Positions 36,227 through 46,292 of a DNA stretch of 64,000 nt are shown here, piece by piece. This DNA is from Deltaproteobacteria bacterium HGW-Deltaproteobacteria-12. Lineage in GTDB: Bacteria > Desulfobacterota > Syntrophia > Syntrophales > Smithellaceae. The stretch lies in NCBI GenBank assembly GCA_002840565.1, contig PHBK01000015.1, forward strand, positions 12,108-76,107. The letters run 5' to 3'. The position numbers were made by a program, and so were the translations under genes. The number at the start of each line of letters is the position of its first letter. The first letter of the stretch is position 1. The notes beneath the pieces are model-generated. The model had not been told where the DNA came from. It did not search any database and was given only the letters and a program-made list of their open reading frames with translations.

Positions 36227-39200
36227 TGCTGGAAAAAATAATTGCCTATACGTTAAAGCAAAAAGGAATGATTATTTTCCTTTCACTCTTAATCATTGCG
36301 GCAGGGATGTATTCCTATTTAACATTACCGATCGATGCATTTCCGGACGTCACCAACATTCAAGTTGAAGTCGTCAGCCACGCCGACGGACTATCGGCAA
36401 TAGAGATTGAGAGAAATGTCACATACCCGATTGAGATGGCGATGCGCGGTTTACCTGATATTGAACAAATGCGTTCGGTTACCAAGTTCGGGCTGTCCAT
36501 TGTGACCATAGTTTTCAAAGATAATGTTGATATTTATTTTGCGAGGCAGCTGGTCTTTGAACGATTAGCGGAAGCACGAGAAAAAGTGCCCAAAGGTGTT
36601 GAAGTTGCCATGGGACCTATCGGCACGGCCATGGGGGAAATTTACCAATACACCTTGGAAGGAAAAATGCCGAAAGATCCCCTGCAAAAAATTTCTTACC
36701 TGACCAACCTGAGAACAATTCAAGAGTGGATTATCACCCCACAGTTAAAAAGTGTTGCCGGTGTGAATGAAATAAATTCTTACGGCGGATACTTCAAGCA
36801 ATACCAGGTTATCGTATTACCGGAAAAATTGGTGAAGTATGCCATAACGGTAGATGAAGTCTATTCCGCGATAGGCAACAATAATCAAAACGTTGGCGGA
36901 AATATTCTCGAACGAAATACGGATCAATATATCGTTCGCGGAGTCGGGCTGATAAAGAATGTCAGTGACATCGAGAACATTGTCTTGAAAGCTGAACATG
37001 GCACACCGACTTATATAAGAGATGTTGCCCAAGTAAAGATTGGCGAAGCGGTGCGGATGGGTGCGGCCATGAAGGACGGTAAAGATGAAGCCGTTGGTGG
37101 AATCGTCATGATGCTGCGCGGTGAAAACAGCCGTGACGTTGTTCACCGGGTGGCCCAAAAAGTTAAGGAAATTAATGAGAACAACATGCTTCCGGACGAC
37201 GTCAAGATCGTTCCTTATTACGACAGAAGTGATATTGTGAATGCGAGCGTTACGACGGTAACGAAAGCTCTTATCGAAGGTGCACTCCTCGTTCTCATTA
37301 TATTGTATTTATTATTGAGAAGTTTCAGGGGCAGTTTGGTCGTGTTGCTTGCTTTGCCGCTTTCCCTGTTCGTTACTTTTATTGTGATGAAGCTTGTCGG
37401 ATTGAGCGCGAACTTGATGTCCCTCGGTGGAATAGCTATTTCCATTGGAATGATTTTAGACTCAACAATAATACAGGTGGAAAATGTTCAGCGCAATTAT
37501 GCTGAGATGAAAAAAGATCAACATCCGATTCTTACGGTCCTTAAGGCTGTGATTGAGGTTCAAAAGCCCAGCATTTTTGGTGTTTTAATCATTGCCATTA
37601 CTTTTCTTCCGATTATCTCCATGGAGGGAATTGAAGGGAAGATGTTCGGGCCACTCGCCATAACTGTTGCCATAGCGCTCCTTGCATCACTGTTTCTTTC
37701 TGTTTTCATTATTCCGGTTCTCTGCCTCTTGTTTCTAAAACCCCAGTTACATAAAGAGAGCATCATCATGAAGTATGCAAGGAAATATTATTTGCCGCTT
37801 CTGGAATATGCCATGAATAAGAAAAAAGTAATCTTAAGTATTGCCGGTGTTTTCCTGGTGATTTCTCTTTTTCTATTCACCAGATTAGGCACGGAGTTTA
37901 TACCGACAATGGACGAAGGTTCGTTTGATATGGACATTGCCATGCTTCCCGGTGTTTCGCTGGCAACAGCAATGGAAGTCAATCAACGTGCTGCTCAAAA
38001 GCTGAAGCAGTTTGAGGAACTGGATATTATAGTCTCGCGCACAGGACAAACTGGTGTCGCATTGGATACCAGAGGCACGGACAAAACAGGGTACGTTGGA
38101 ATATTCAAACCGAAGAGTGAGTGGAAGCGGGATATTTCGAAGGAAGAACTAACCAATGAAATGAGAAAGTCATTGGAATCTATCGCCGGAATCACTTTCG
38201 GTTTCAGTCAGCCAATACAGTGCAGGATTGATGAACTCGTTGCCGGGACACGCGCGCAATTGATTGTCAAGTTGTTTGGTGAAGATATTAACGTGTTGAA
38301 TAGTAAATCGGCTGAAATTGCGAAAGTCCTTTCTTCCATTAAGGGCGGGACCGATTTGGCTACAGAAAAGGTGTCGGGGCAGCCCTACCTGACAGTTAAC
38401 ATCGACAGATCAAAAATAGCACGGTATGGCGTGAATATCAGTGATGTTCAGAATGTCATTGAAATAGCTATTGCCGGGAAATCTGCTTCTCAATTTTATG
38501 AAGAGAGCCGGAGCTTTGATATCACCGTTCGCCTGCCGGAAGAAAAAAGAAATTCTCTCGAAGCAATCAAAAACATATTAGTCACTACAAAATCGGGAAT
38601 GAATATTCCACTCGAACAGTTAGCCGATGTGAAGATGATTGAAGGGCCGGTTCAAATAAGCCGCCAGGATGGTATCCGGAGGATCGGGATCGAGATGAAT
38701 ATTAGTGGCAGAGATATCGGCAGTTTTGTTACGGAGGCAAAACAAAAGATAAAAGAGAATGTTAAGTTACCTTCCGGTTATTATCTCACCTGGGGTGGGC
38801 AATTTGAGAATCAGCAGCGGGCGATGAACAAACTCATGATCATCGGACCTGTTGCAGTAGGACTTATCCTGCTTCTCTTATATGTCACTTTCAGGTCGAT
38901 TCGCTTGTCACTCCTGGTTATTTCTAATCTGCCCTTTGCGTTAATCGGTGGTATCTTTGCTCTGTTTATTTCCGGACAATATTTGTCTGTTCCGGCGTCA
39001 GTAGGATTTATTGTCTTGTTCGGCGTTGCCGTTTTAAACGGTCTTGTACTGGTATCACGTATCTCGCAGTTGCGCGATGAAGGCCTGGAATTACCGGAAG
39101 CAATCCGGAAGGGGAGTTTGGATCGATTACGCCCGGTATTAATGACTGCGTCCATCGCCGTTTTCAGTTTGATTCCGATGCTGCTTGCCGGCGGGACAGG

Positions 39201-39330
39201 TTCCGAAATCCAAAGACCGTTGGCAACGGTTGTTGTGGGGGGATTGATTACTTCAACATTGCTTACTCTGCTGATTATTCCATCGGTTTACAGTTGGTTT
39301 GAAAAGCGAAAAGTTGAAGGAGAAATGTAA
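36226..39330 (+). CDS. Heavy-metal efflux RND pump (CusA/CzcA family)
   Basis: 1034 aa, 12-TM RND layout. N-terminal PIDAFPDVTNIQVEV... is typical of HME-RND pumps. Confidence 0.9.
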   Translation: MLEKIIAYTLKQKGMIIFLSLLIIAAGMYSYLTLPIDAFPDVTNIQVEVVSHADGLSAIEIERNVTYPIEMAMRGLPDIEQMRSVTKFGLSIVTIVFKDNVDIYFARQLVFERLAEAREKVPKGVEVAMGPIGTAMGEIYQYTLEGKMPKDPLQKISYLTNLRTIQEWIITPQLKSVAGVNEINSYGGYFKQYQVIVLPEKLVKYAITVDEVYSAIGNNNQNVGGNILERNTDQYIVRGVGLIKNVSDIENIVLKAEHGTPTYIRDVAQVKIGEAVRMGAAMKDGKDEAVGGIVMMLRGENSRDVVHRVAQKVKEINENNMLPDDVKIVPYYDRSDIVNASVTTVTKALIEGALLVLIILYLLLRSFRGSLVVLLALPLSLFVTFIVMKLVGLSANLMSLGGIAISIGMILDSTIIQVENVQRNYAEMKKDQHPILTVLKAVIEVQKPSIFGVLIIAITFLPIISMEGIEGKMFGPLAITVAIALLASLFLSVFIIPVLCLLFLKPQLHKESIIMKYARKYYLPLLEYAMNKKKVILSIAGVFLVISLFLFTRLGTEFIPTMDEGSFDMDIAMLPGVSLATAMEVNQRAAQKLKQFEELDIIVSRTGQTGVALDTRGTDKTGYVGIFKPKSEWKRDISKEELTNEMRKSLESIAGITFGFSQPIQCRIDELVAGTRAQLIVKLFGEDINVLNSKSAEIAKVLSSIKGGTDLATEKVSGQPYLTVNIDRSKIARYGVNISDVQNVIEIAIAGKSASQFYEESRSFDITVRLPEEKRNSLEAIKNILVTTKSGMNIPLEQLADVKMIEGPVQISRQDGIRRIGIEMNISGRDIGSFVTEAKQKIKENVKLPSGYYLTWGGQFENQQRAMNKLMIIGPVAVGLILLLLYVTFRSIRLSLLVISNLPFALIGGIFALFISGQYLSVPASVGFIVLFGVAVLNGLVLVSRISQLRDEGLELPEAIRKGSLDRLRPVLMTASIAVFSLIPMLLAGGTGSEIQRPLATVVVGGLITSTLLTLLIIPSVYSWFEKRKVEGEM

Positions 39331-39378
39331 ATGGGCATGTGAATATTTCACATGACACTCATCCATAAGGAGAATTAT

Positions 39379-39719
39379 ATGAAAGAGATAAAGGCAATCA
39401 TCAGACCATTCAAATTGTTGGACGTAGCCGAAGCACTAAAAGAAATTGAAGGAATGCCGGGCGTGACTGTGTCCGAAATTCGAGGATTTGGCAAAGGAAG
39501 AGCTGTGGGCGCAAAAGACAAAGTTGTTTACGAAATGGTGGAATTTGTTCCACGCATCCAATTAGAAGTTGTTGTAAATAATGAGATGGTGAATGACGTC
39601 ATCAACACAATTCAGAAATATGCTCATACAGGCATACGGGTGATGGGAAAATCTTTGTGGTTAATGTCGAAGAAATAGTGAAGATCAGAACAAATGAAAG
39701 AGGGAGAGATGCGATTTAG
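39379..39719 (+). pseudogene. PII-like signal protein gene interrupted by a 1-nt frameshift
   Basis: Frame 1 gives MKEIKAIIRPFKLLDVAEALKEI...YAHTGIR, then nonsense (VMGKSLWLMSKK*). Stepping back one base at the G-run 39638-39640 gives GDGKIFVVNVEEIVKIRTNERGRDAI*, the canonical PII C-terminus, with a stop at 39717-39719. Confidence 0.75.
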
Positions 39720-39838
39720 CCGCAAGATCCAAAGGGCAAAAGAGATGAATATAGAATATTTATTTATGATGTCGGCGATACCGGCAGGATTTGGATAAAA
39801 AACCGTGGTAATGTGACTGCATAAAAGAAGGAGAGGAA

Positions 39839-40474
39839 ATGCGAAAAGTAATAACAGGTGTGTTTACAGGTGTCATGATTCTTGCTTTGATAGGATGTGG
39901 CGCCACGGCAAAGACGATTAAGCAAAAAACACAAAATGAACGTGTTGGCGTTTTTACAGAGGTGAAAAATGCCGACGCGCCCGCACAGGGTTTTGCTGTT
40001 TTAAATATCAAAGCGACCATCAAGACGCATCTTGAAGGGTATTATTGCCTTGAGTCCAAAGACTCTGCTCACGGAAAGCCGGGCTATCCCTTCCTGATCA
40101 ATATTGACGGACAGGCAGCAACCTGGGCAGTTAACGGACTGAAAGAAAGTGTGCCCCTCTATGATAAGGACGGAAAGACAAGCCTTGACCCGGAGGCAGG
40201 GGATGGCATCAAGTACATTCTGGGGAAAAAGATACAACTGCGCCCCGGAACGCACAAAGTTTTCCTCGTGTTGCCTGCCGATGATTATTTCAGGGAAGTG
40301 GAAATAACACTGAAAGAAGGGGACTCCATTACGCTTGAATTCAGACCCGTTTATAAATTCAAAACCCAGCCTACCAGAATTCCCAACTTTAAAAAGGGTA
40401 TAAAAGAATATGAGGTATATCTGAACAATACATGTATTAATGCGGGTGATACCCCCAATACTTGTACTAAATAG
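39839..40474 (+). CDS. Lipoprotein, unknown function
   Basis: 211 aa with lipobox ILALIGC. GGAGAGGAAATG RBS context. Confidence 0.6.
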   Translation: MRKVITGVFTGVMILALIGCGATAKTIKQKTQNERVGVFTEVKNADAPAQGFAVLNIKATIKTHLEGYYCLESKDSAHGKPGYPFLINIDGQAATWAVNGLKESVPLYDKDGKTSLDPEAGDGIKYILGKKIQLRPGTHKVFLVLPADDYFREVEITLKEGDSITLEFRPVYKFKTQPTRIPNFKKGIKEYEVYLNNTCINAGDTPNTCTK

Positions 40475-40593
40475 AGTTCAGATATTTTTTAAGGTGTGCC
40501 TCTGGCGCCGGAGAAATGGAATTCAATGAACTGATTGGCATCACTACGCGGATAACAATATTTTATTCCATAATCATCAATATCTGGGCTTTT

Positions 40594-40699
40594 CAAAGTT
40601 ATTTAGTTGTAGGTGCAAGATTTGTCAGCGGCTGCAAATAAAAATATCGATGATGGCTTTTCCAGGGATGTGCTTCCTCTGTAAATCCGTAAAAGTCAT
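40594..40699 (+). repeat. Dispersed repeat R2 (long 'B' form)
   Basis: CAAAGTTATTTAGTTGTAGGTGCAAGATTTGTCAGCGGCTGC...ATATCGATGATGGCTTTTCC...GTGCTTCCTCTGTAAATCCGTAAAAGTCA. It shares the 5' end with R1 and the core with R3 and R5. Confidence 0.7.
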
Positions 40700-40861
40700 T
40701 TTGCTATAATCCGCCTGATTTAAAGTTACAATCATTAAAGAGATAAATAACTTATAGTAAAATCTATTGACATATAAGGCAACTGTTCGTATCCTCATTC
40801 ACCGATAAGGGCACGTATTTATGGTTGTGCCATAAATACAAAATCCTGGGAGGAAAATGCT

Positions 40862-41779
40862 ATGGACTCGATAAAAGCCGATTGGATGAGCCGTATTGGG
40901 AATGCAGCGCGCTTACTTTTCTGGATGTTTTTGTTGTTAATCTTATTGATTTTTGTGCTGTTACAATTTTTCGGATCCCGAGGAATTCAAAAAGCTCGTG
41001 AAGACCTACTCAAGAGCTTTGAAGAGGACAGAAAGACTCGCGTAATCGCGATGATACACCGTGAGGAAAATGTCAGCATCCTTGGTGTGCCAGTATCAAG
41101 CTATATTAGTATTGAAGACTCAGAGGCAGTGTTACGTGCTATCCGATTAACGCCACCCGATCAACCCATCGATTTAATTTTACACACACCTGGAGGGTTA
41201 GTGCTTGCAGCGGAGCAAATCACCAAAGCCTTGGTGGAGCATAAAGGCAAGATTACCGTATTTGTTCCCCACTATGCAATGAGCGGTGGCACGTTGATCG
41301 CTTTAGCTGCCGATGAGATTGTGATGGATGCCAATGCTGTGCTTGGTCCTGTTGATCCTCAAATCGGCGGTATGCCGGCTGCTTCAATTGTTAAAATACT
41401 GGAATACAAAAAACCTGCTCAGATTAGCGACGAAATGTTGATCCTCGCGGACATGGCTCAAAAATCACGGGTGCAAGTAGCTAGCTTTGTTGCCCAGGTA
41501 TTGTTCAAACACATGCCAGAAAAACAAGCCCTACAACTGGCAACTATCTTGAGTGAAGGACGCTGGACACACGACTTTCCTTTACCTGTGCAAGCATTGA
41601 AACAGTTCGGAATTAAGGTCTCGACAGATATGCCGCGCAAGGTGTACGAACTAATGGATCTTTATCCGCAGAGTGGAAGTGGTAGGCCATCAGTGATTTA
41701 CATCCCCATACATCGAAGTTCCGACCAGAAAGGCCATGAGTCCGATACTTCAAGGCCGCAACGCGCTGCGGAGAAATAG
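40862..41779 (+). CDS. SDH-family Clp-fold serine protease (SppA/ClpP-like, membrane anchored)
   Basis: 305 aa. N-terminal TM segment, then IDLILHTPGGLVLAAEQI and VFVPHYAMSGGTLIALAADEIVMD. Confidence 0.7.
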   Translation: MDSIKADWMSRIGNAARLLFWMFLLLILLIFVLLQFFGSRGIQKAREDLLKSFEEDRKTRVIAMIHREENVSILGVPVSSYISIEDSEAVLRAIRLTPPDQPIDLILHTPGGLVLAAEQITKALVEHKGKITVFVPHYAMSGGTLIALAADEIVMDANAVLGPVDPQIGGMPAASIVKILEYKKPAQISDEMLILADMAQKSRVQVASFVAQVLFKHMPEKQALQLATILSEGRWTHDFPLPVQALKQFGIKVSTDMPRKVYELMDLYPQSGSGRPSVIYIPIHRSSDQKGHESDTSRPQRAAEK

Positions 41780-41930
41780 GTTCCACTTAGGTTATATGAT
41801 CATATCTTAAATTATTATGAATAATATTTTTCATCTCAAAATCTTACTTTTTATTAACAAAGTGGTTGTGTAGATACTACAAATCAATATTCTTTCAGTA
41901 ATAGCATTTGACTAAGATTAAAGACAATCC

Positions 41931-42536
41931 ATGCATCCACTATTGTTCAGTATCACACAATATTCTTACTTCGGAATTTTCATTGCTCTGGGGCTAGGCA
42001 TCGTTGGATTGCCTATACCTGATGAAACGCTGATGGCCTATGCAGGTTTTTTGGTTTTTAACGGCAAATTGAATTATCTTTATACCATTATGGTTGCCTT
42101 CATCGGAACTTCATGCGGTATTACGCTGGGATATTTTTTGGGCAGGACATTTGGCAACCCGTTCCTAAGAAGATATGCATCTAAACTGCATGTGAATCTG
42201 GATGATATTCAAGATGCGGAAAATTTTTATAATAGATACGGGAAATTTGCTTTATTCATCGGTTACTTTATCCCTGGAATTAGGCATTTGACGGCAATTT
42301 TCGCAGGCATTTCTCTTATGCCCTACCGAACATTTGCACTATTTGCCTATACGGGCGGTTTTTTATGGACAATTACTCTGGTGAGCTTTGGTTATTTCCT
42401 AGGCGAAAAATGGCACTATGTTTATATGTACTCACACCGCTTCATAATTCCTCTGGTTTTATTATCAATTGTCGTTTTAATTATCGGTATTTACTGGAAA
42501 ACGGTGAAAGCAAAAAGAAGCACAGACAATAAATAA
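41931..42536 (+). CDS. DedA-family membrane protein
   Basis: 201 aa. GLPIPDETLMAYAGFL... and GYFIPGIRHLTAIFAG, typical of DedA/SNARE-associated proteins. Confidence 0.8.
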   Translation: MHPLLFSITQYSYFGIFIALGLGIVGLPIPDETLMAYAGFLVFNGKLNYLYTIMVAFIGTSCGITLGYFLGRTFGNPFLRRYASKLHVNLDDIQDAENFYNRYGKFALFIGYFIPGIRHLTAIFAGISLMPYRTFALFAYTGGFLWTITLVSFGYFLGEKWHYVYMYSHRFIIPLVLLSIVVLIIGIYWKTVKAKRSTDNK

Positions 42537-42593
42537 CTTTAGTAACGGCATGTGCATAAAAAAATAAAAAATGATTAAAAAGGAAGACGCATC

Positions 42594-43289
42594 ATGGCAT
42601 ATTCGCTCAAGCCACCTTATTTGCAAAAGGACGAAACACGGGGGGACTATCAGGTTTGGATAGTTGATGGCGCATATATCCGCGGGCATATTGATGAGGA
42701 ATTCACTAATTTCGGCCAACACTACAGATATCATTATATCCCTGAGAAGGAGTTCTGGCTGGACAAGGAAGCCGAACACGATGAGCGCGTATTCTTCATA
42801 GATCACTTACTTATTGAGCATGACCTCATGGCGAAAGGTGCATCATATGGCGATGCGCTTACACAGGCCGACAGGATTGAACGCAGAGAAAGGAGGCGGG
42901 CCGGAGACGTCCGCAAAGTAACACATCAGGGTAAAGAGCTGCCTGATGCCGGTGCTGTGAAAGAGCGTCTATGGAAGAAGTTGGAGAATGGTGTAAATGT
43001 ATGGATTGTCAATGGCCGATTAGTGCGAAGCGCCTTCGACATTGATTTTACGGCCGGTGGTCATGATCACGTCTATGAATTTGTTCCTGAGGGTGAGGTC
43101 TGGATCGACGATTCTATTGAGGAAAAAGAAAGAGGATTCGTGCTGCTGCATGAGTTGCATGAACGAAATCGCATGGCAATTGGGTTGACTTACAGTAAAG
43201 CACACGCCGAGTCCAGCCACCTGGAATTCCGTTGCCGCCATCATCCTGATGAACTGCATGAGGCACTTACAACCGAAGGCTGGGCATGA
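42594..43289 (+). CDS. Hypothetical protein built from two tandem copies of a ~90-aa domain
   Basis: Half 1 is YQVWIVDGAYIRGHIDEEFTNFGQHYRYHYIPEKEFWLD...ERVFFIDHLLIEHDLMAKGASY. Half 2 is VNVWIVNGRLVRSAFDIDFTAGGHDHVYEFVPEGEVWID...ERGFVLLHELHERNRMAIGLTY. Confidence 0.6.
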   Translation: MAYSLKPPYLQKDETRGDYQVWIVDGAYIRGHIDEEFTNFGQHYRYHYIPEKEFWLDKEAEHDERVFFIDHLLIEHDLMAKGASYGDALTQADRIERRERRRAGDVRKVTHQGKELPDAGAVKERLWKKLENGVNVWIVNGRLVRSAFDIDFTAGGHDHVYEFVPEGEVWIDDSIEEKERGFVLLHELHERNRMAIGLTYSKAHAESSHLEFRCRHHPDELHEALTTEGWA

Positions 43290-43462
43290 CTTCAATCCGG
43301 AATTAAGAACAAGATTCACAATCTGGGAGAACAATCAATCCATTTTATCAAGTAGAGAAAGAGACATTTATAGTTGGGACACCGGGTAGCGACCTTATGC
43401 CGACCAGAAGGATCCTTCCATGATATATTTCTTAATCATTATTTTTAAATCAAAATGAAGCT

Positions 43463-43846
43463 TTACCGGGAAGCTTGGTTCATAATTTTAATTAATATCT
43501 CTTCCACTTCTGTTGCAACCGACTGAAGTTCAGGAGTGTTAAACTGGGCAATCATGGCCGTGGGCTTAAAGGTGGCCAGTTTAACACTCTCACCCTCGAT
43601 GAATACTGATATCCGACAAGGCAAAGCGACGGAAAAATCCATATTCTTTTCGAGGACTCTCTTGGCCTGATGGGGGTTACATACCTCAAAGATTCGACAC
43701 TCATTATCAAACTCAACCCCTTTTTTCTTCATTGTTTCTTTGAGATTGTGGACCGTCAAAACGCCAAACTTGTGTTCGACCACAGCTTTTTCAAGATCCT
43801 GACAAACCTGATCGATAGTCTTTTTACTTTTAATTTCGTATAACAT
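43463..43846 (-). CDS. DUF302 domain protein
   Basis: 127 aa. FGVLTVHNLKETMKKKGVEFDNECRIFEVCNP...ALPCRISV fits the DUF302 pattern. Confidence 0.7.
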   Translation of the reverse strand: MLYEIKSKKTIDQVCQDLEKAVVEHKFGVLTVHNLKETMKKKGVEFDNECRIFEVCNPHQAKRVLEKNMDFSVALPCRISVFIEGESVKLATFKPTAMIAQFNTPELQSVATEVEEILIKIMNQASR

Positions 43847-44194
43847 AGCCTTCCCTCCATTCAGATGTTCAGTAGCCCAAAATTGGGTTACATCAAATCA
43901 CTGATATGCTCAGAATCTTGTACCACATTAAAGTTATAATCATTAACTATCTTTTCAAAATATTTATGACAATAATAATTTGGTGCTTCTGGAAGTCCAC
44001 TGGCAGTTGGACAAATTTACAATACGTTACATGCAAAACACTGTAGGCGGTTATTTGCTGAAAATTAAATGATTATTTCTTTATTTAAAAAATAAGTCAT
44101 GCTAAATTGAAATTCAAATTATTGGGAAAAGCGAAGTTTGTATATTAATTGTGAACACCCTATAAGAAATATTCACAACATGAAATGAGATGTC

Positions 44195-44524
44195 ATGCAA
44201 GGATTTATTGATTACCTAACCTTCAGGTCTGTTATCAGCCCTCATGTGTTATTGGCCTGCTACTATATTGGTGCCCTTGGTGTTCCAGTTGGAAGCTGGT
44301 TCTTTGCTCGGAGGATAAAGAATAAATACTTGGTTGTTTCTGATATTTACGAATCCAGTAAAACAATAATCTTTAGCATTACAAAAACAAAAGATCGAAT
44401 GCTATTCTATGTTTTATTTGCAATGTTATTTTTCTGCATGGAAATTATATGGCGCATGGTATTTGAGTTCTTGATTGCCTATTTTCAGATGAGGGATGTT
44501 CTTCTGGAATTGGCAACGCATTGA
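44195..44524 (+). CDS. Small membrane protein, unknown function
   Basis: 109 aa with two or three hydrophobic segments and no recognised motif. Confidence 0.35.
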   Translation: MQGFIDYLTFRSVISPHVLLACYYIGALGVPVGSWFFARRIKNKYLVVSDIYESSKTIIFSITKTKDRMLFYVLFAMLFFCMEIIWRMVFEFLIAYFQMRDVLLELATH

Positions 44525-44652
44525 GCAGAGATTTAACAATGTGCTCCAAGTGACGCCCTAAAAGCGGTGCTCCCCTGAGTTTGGACATTGTATATCAATC
44601 ATTTTAAGCGCAAATCATCAAAATATTTTATTCACAAGAGTTGCTGACTTGA

Positions 44653-44727
44653 GGATGGGGACATTGATTCCGTTGATTCAGTACTTTATTTTCTACTTTT
44701 ATTGTCCTGGAATGTTTGCTTGATGAC
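44653..44727 (+). repeat. Dispersed repeat X1 (variant 'C' form)
   Basis: GGATGGGGACATTGATTCCGTTGATTCAGTACTTTATTTTCTACTTTTATTGTCCTGGAATGTTTGCTTGATGAC. It aligns with X2 (63148-63211), and its 3' part aligns with 47764-47785. Confidence 0.6.
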
Positions 44728-44825
44728 TTTCATCAATTATGCAAGATTACAAATGGATATAAGCTATTCGTGATGATTGATCATAGCTAACGGATGGGAA
44801 AGTATGGTTATCGAAGGAGCGATGT

Positions 44826-45635
44826 GTGACTAAAAATGTAGGGATTATGTGTTTCTCTCCAACAAATACAACGAGAAAAATATGTAATGCTGTAGCTTTG
44901 GGTATGGGATCAGAAGATCCGGTAGTGTTGGACATGACTTTTCTCAACACACGGAGTAGTATTATTGCTAATTCGCGTACCGCTATGAAAGATATAGATC
45001 ACTTAATTGTCGGTGCCCCAGTTTATGCCGGAAAGCTTCCACTTCAAGCTATAGACTATCTCAGAGCTTTTGGCGGAACCGGAAAAGCATGCACGGCGAT
45101 TGTTGTATACGGTAATCGGGATTACGGAATTGCTCTTTACAATATGGTAGAAATGCTTCTACAAAATGGGTTCACTGTCGTCGCAGCCGGAGCGTTTATT
45201 GGCGAGCATTCATATTCAGACATAGTGCCTGTCGCAGTGGGGCGACCGGATAAATCAGATATAGATAAAGCACGAAACTTTGGAGCCAGGATATTGAGCG
45301 CATCCAGGCATTTAAGCCTTAAAGATATTCCAGTTCAGCTTGACAAAGCCTCCAAGTCTGACAAATATCCATCGCTCAAACCATCTTACAATGAAAAACA
45401 ATGCGTTCAATGTGGAAAATGTGCAAAGGCCTGTCCTCTTGGTTTACTACTGTCTGAGTCAGGAAGGTATATAAGTCAGGCGGCAAAGAAGCAGTGCATA
45501 GGATGCATGGCATGTGTTAGATGTTGTAAACAAAAAGCAAGGGTTGCCAAAACTAATCCAATAGTAAAAATGGTTATGAACAGTATTCTCAGGCAAGCAT
45601 CTAAAGAACGAAAAGAACCAATTATCATTATCTGA
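44826..45635 (+). CDS. Flavodoxin-like domain fused to a 2x[4Fe-4S] ferredoxin domain (EFR1-like)
   Basis: 269 aa. GTG start after GGAG. The N-terminal half is flavodoxin-like. The C-terminal half has CVQCGKCAKACP and CIGCMACVRCC. Confidence 0.65.
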   Translation: MTKNVGIMCFSPTNTTRKICNAVALGMGSEDPVVLDMTFLNTRSSIIANSRTAMKDIDHLIVGAPVYAGKLPLQAIDYLRAFGGTGKACTAIVVYGNRDYGIALYNMVEMLLQNGFTVVAAGAFIGEHSYSDIVPVAVGRPDKSDIDKARNFGARILSASRHLSLKDIPVQLDKASKSDKYPSLKPSYNEKQCVQCGKCAKACPLGLLLSESGRYISQAAKKQCIGCMACVRCCKQKARVAKTNPIVKMVMNSILRQASKERKEPIIII

Positions 45636-45952
45636 AGTGTTTTTAAGAAAGCATTGGTATTCGCATAACGAGTGTTTACAAGTGTTTTGTACGCTATTAT
45701 AATCTTCCTGTACTGCACAAAAATCTAACCTTAATGAAGATGCATGATTTCAATTAGTTATCAATAATTTTGTTTTCACGATTATTATGATATGATGACC
45801 TAAACGTGAAGGGACTGTGACCAGCGGATATGGCTGGAGAGGCTTTGGCACTTCCGGGAAGTAAGGTGGTAAAGGGAGAGGCTAAACGTAAACTCTAATA
45901 TCTAGAGAAACTGGGCTACTCGACTCAAAGGGAGACAAAAGGGGGAAAGAAA

Positions 45953-46273
45953 ATGAGCGATCACTTTTATACAAAAGATGGACTCAAAAGCATAGGTAAA
46001 CTTATGGAATTGAAGCCGGACCTTTTTGGCGCCTTCTTCGCCTTTGATCAGAAGGTCTTTGCCGCTGGTGCACTTTCAGTGAAGGTCAAGGAGCTGATTG
46101 CCGTCGGTGCGGCCCATATAACACGGTGTCCTTATTGTATCGACGGTCACGTGAAGCGTGCGAAAAAGGCGGGTGCCACTGACGAGGAACTGGCCGAAGC
46201 AATCTTCGTCGGGATTGCCATGAGTGCCGGGGCTGCCGCCGCCCATTCATGCATCGCCACAGATGCCATGTAA
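45953..46273 (+). CDS. Carboxymuconolactone decarboxylase / AhpD-like family protein
   Basis: 106 aa. AAHITRCPYCIDGHVKRAKKAGATDEEL with the CxxC motif. Confidence 0.8.
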   Translation: MSDHFYTKDGLKSIGKLMELKPDLFGAFFAFDQKVFAAGALSVKVKELIAVGAAHITRCPYCIDGHVKRAKKAGATDEELAEAIFVGIAMSAGAAAAHSCIATDAM

Positions 46274-46292
46274 AAAAAGGAATGAAGGAGTC

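Noticed and set aside
43866-43950. Possible inverted copy of the repeat family (AATCTTGTACC, and TTAAAGTTATAATCATTAA matching 40719-40740)
   Set aside because: The matches are short (11-mer with a mismatch, 18/20 AT-rich) and their relative orientations are inconsistent with a simple inverted copy. This is left as unresolved noise.
45780-45952. Possible riboswitch (cobalamin-like GGGAAG..GGTGGTAAAGGG) in the leader of the AhpD-like gene
   Set aside because: There is no B12 box (GCCACTG) and no recognisable multi-stem junction, only small local hairpins. The resemblance is superficial.
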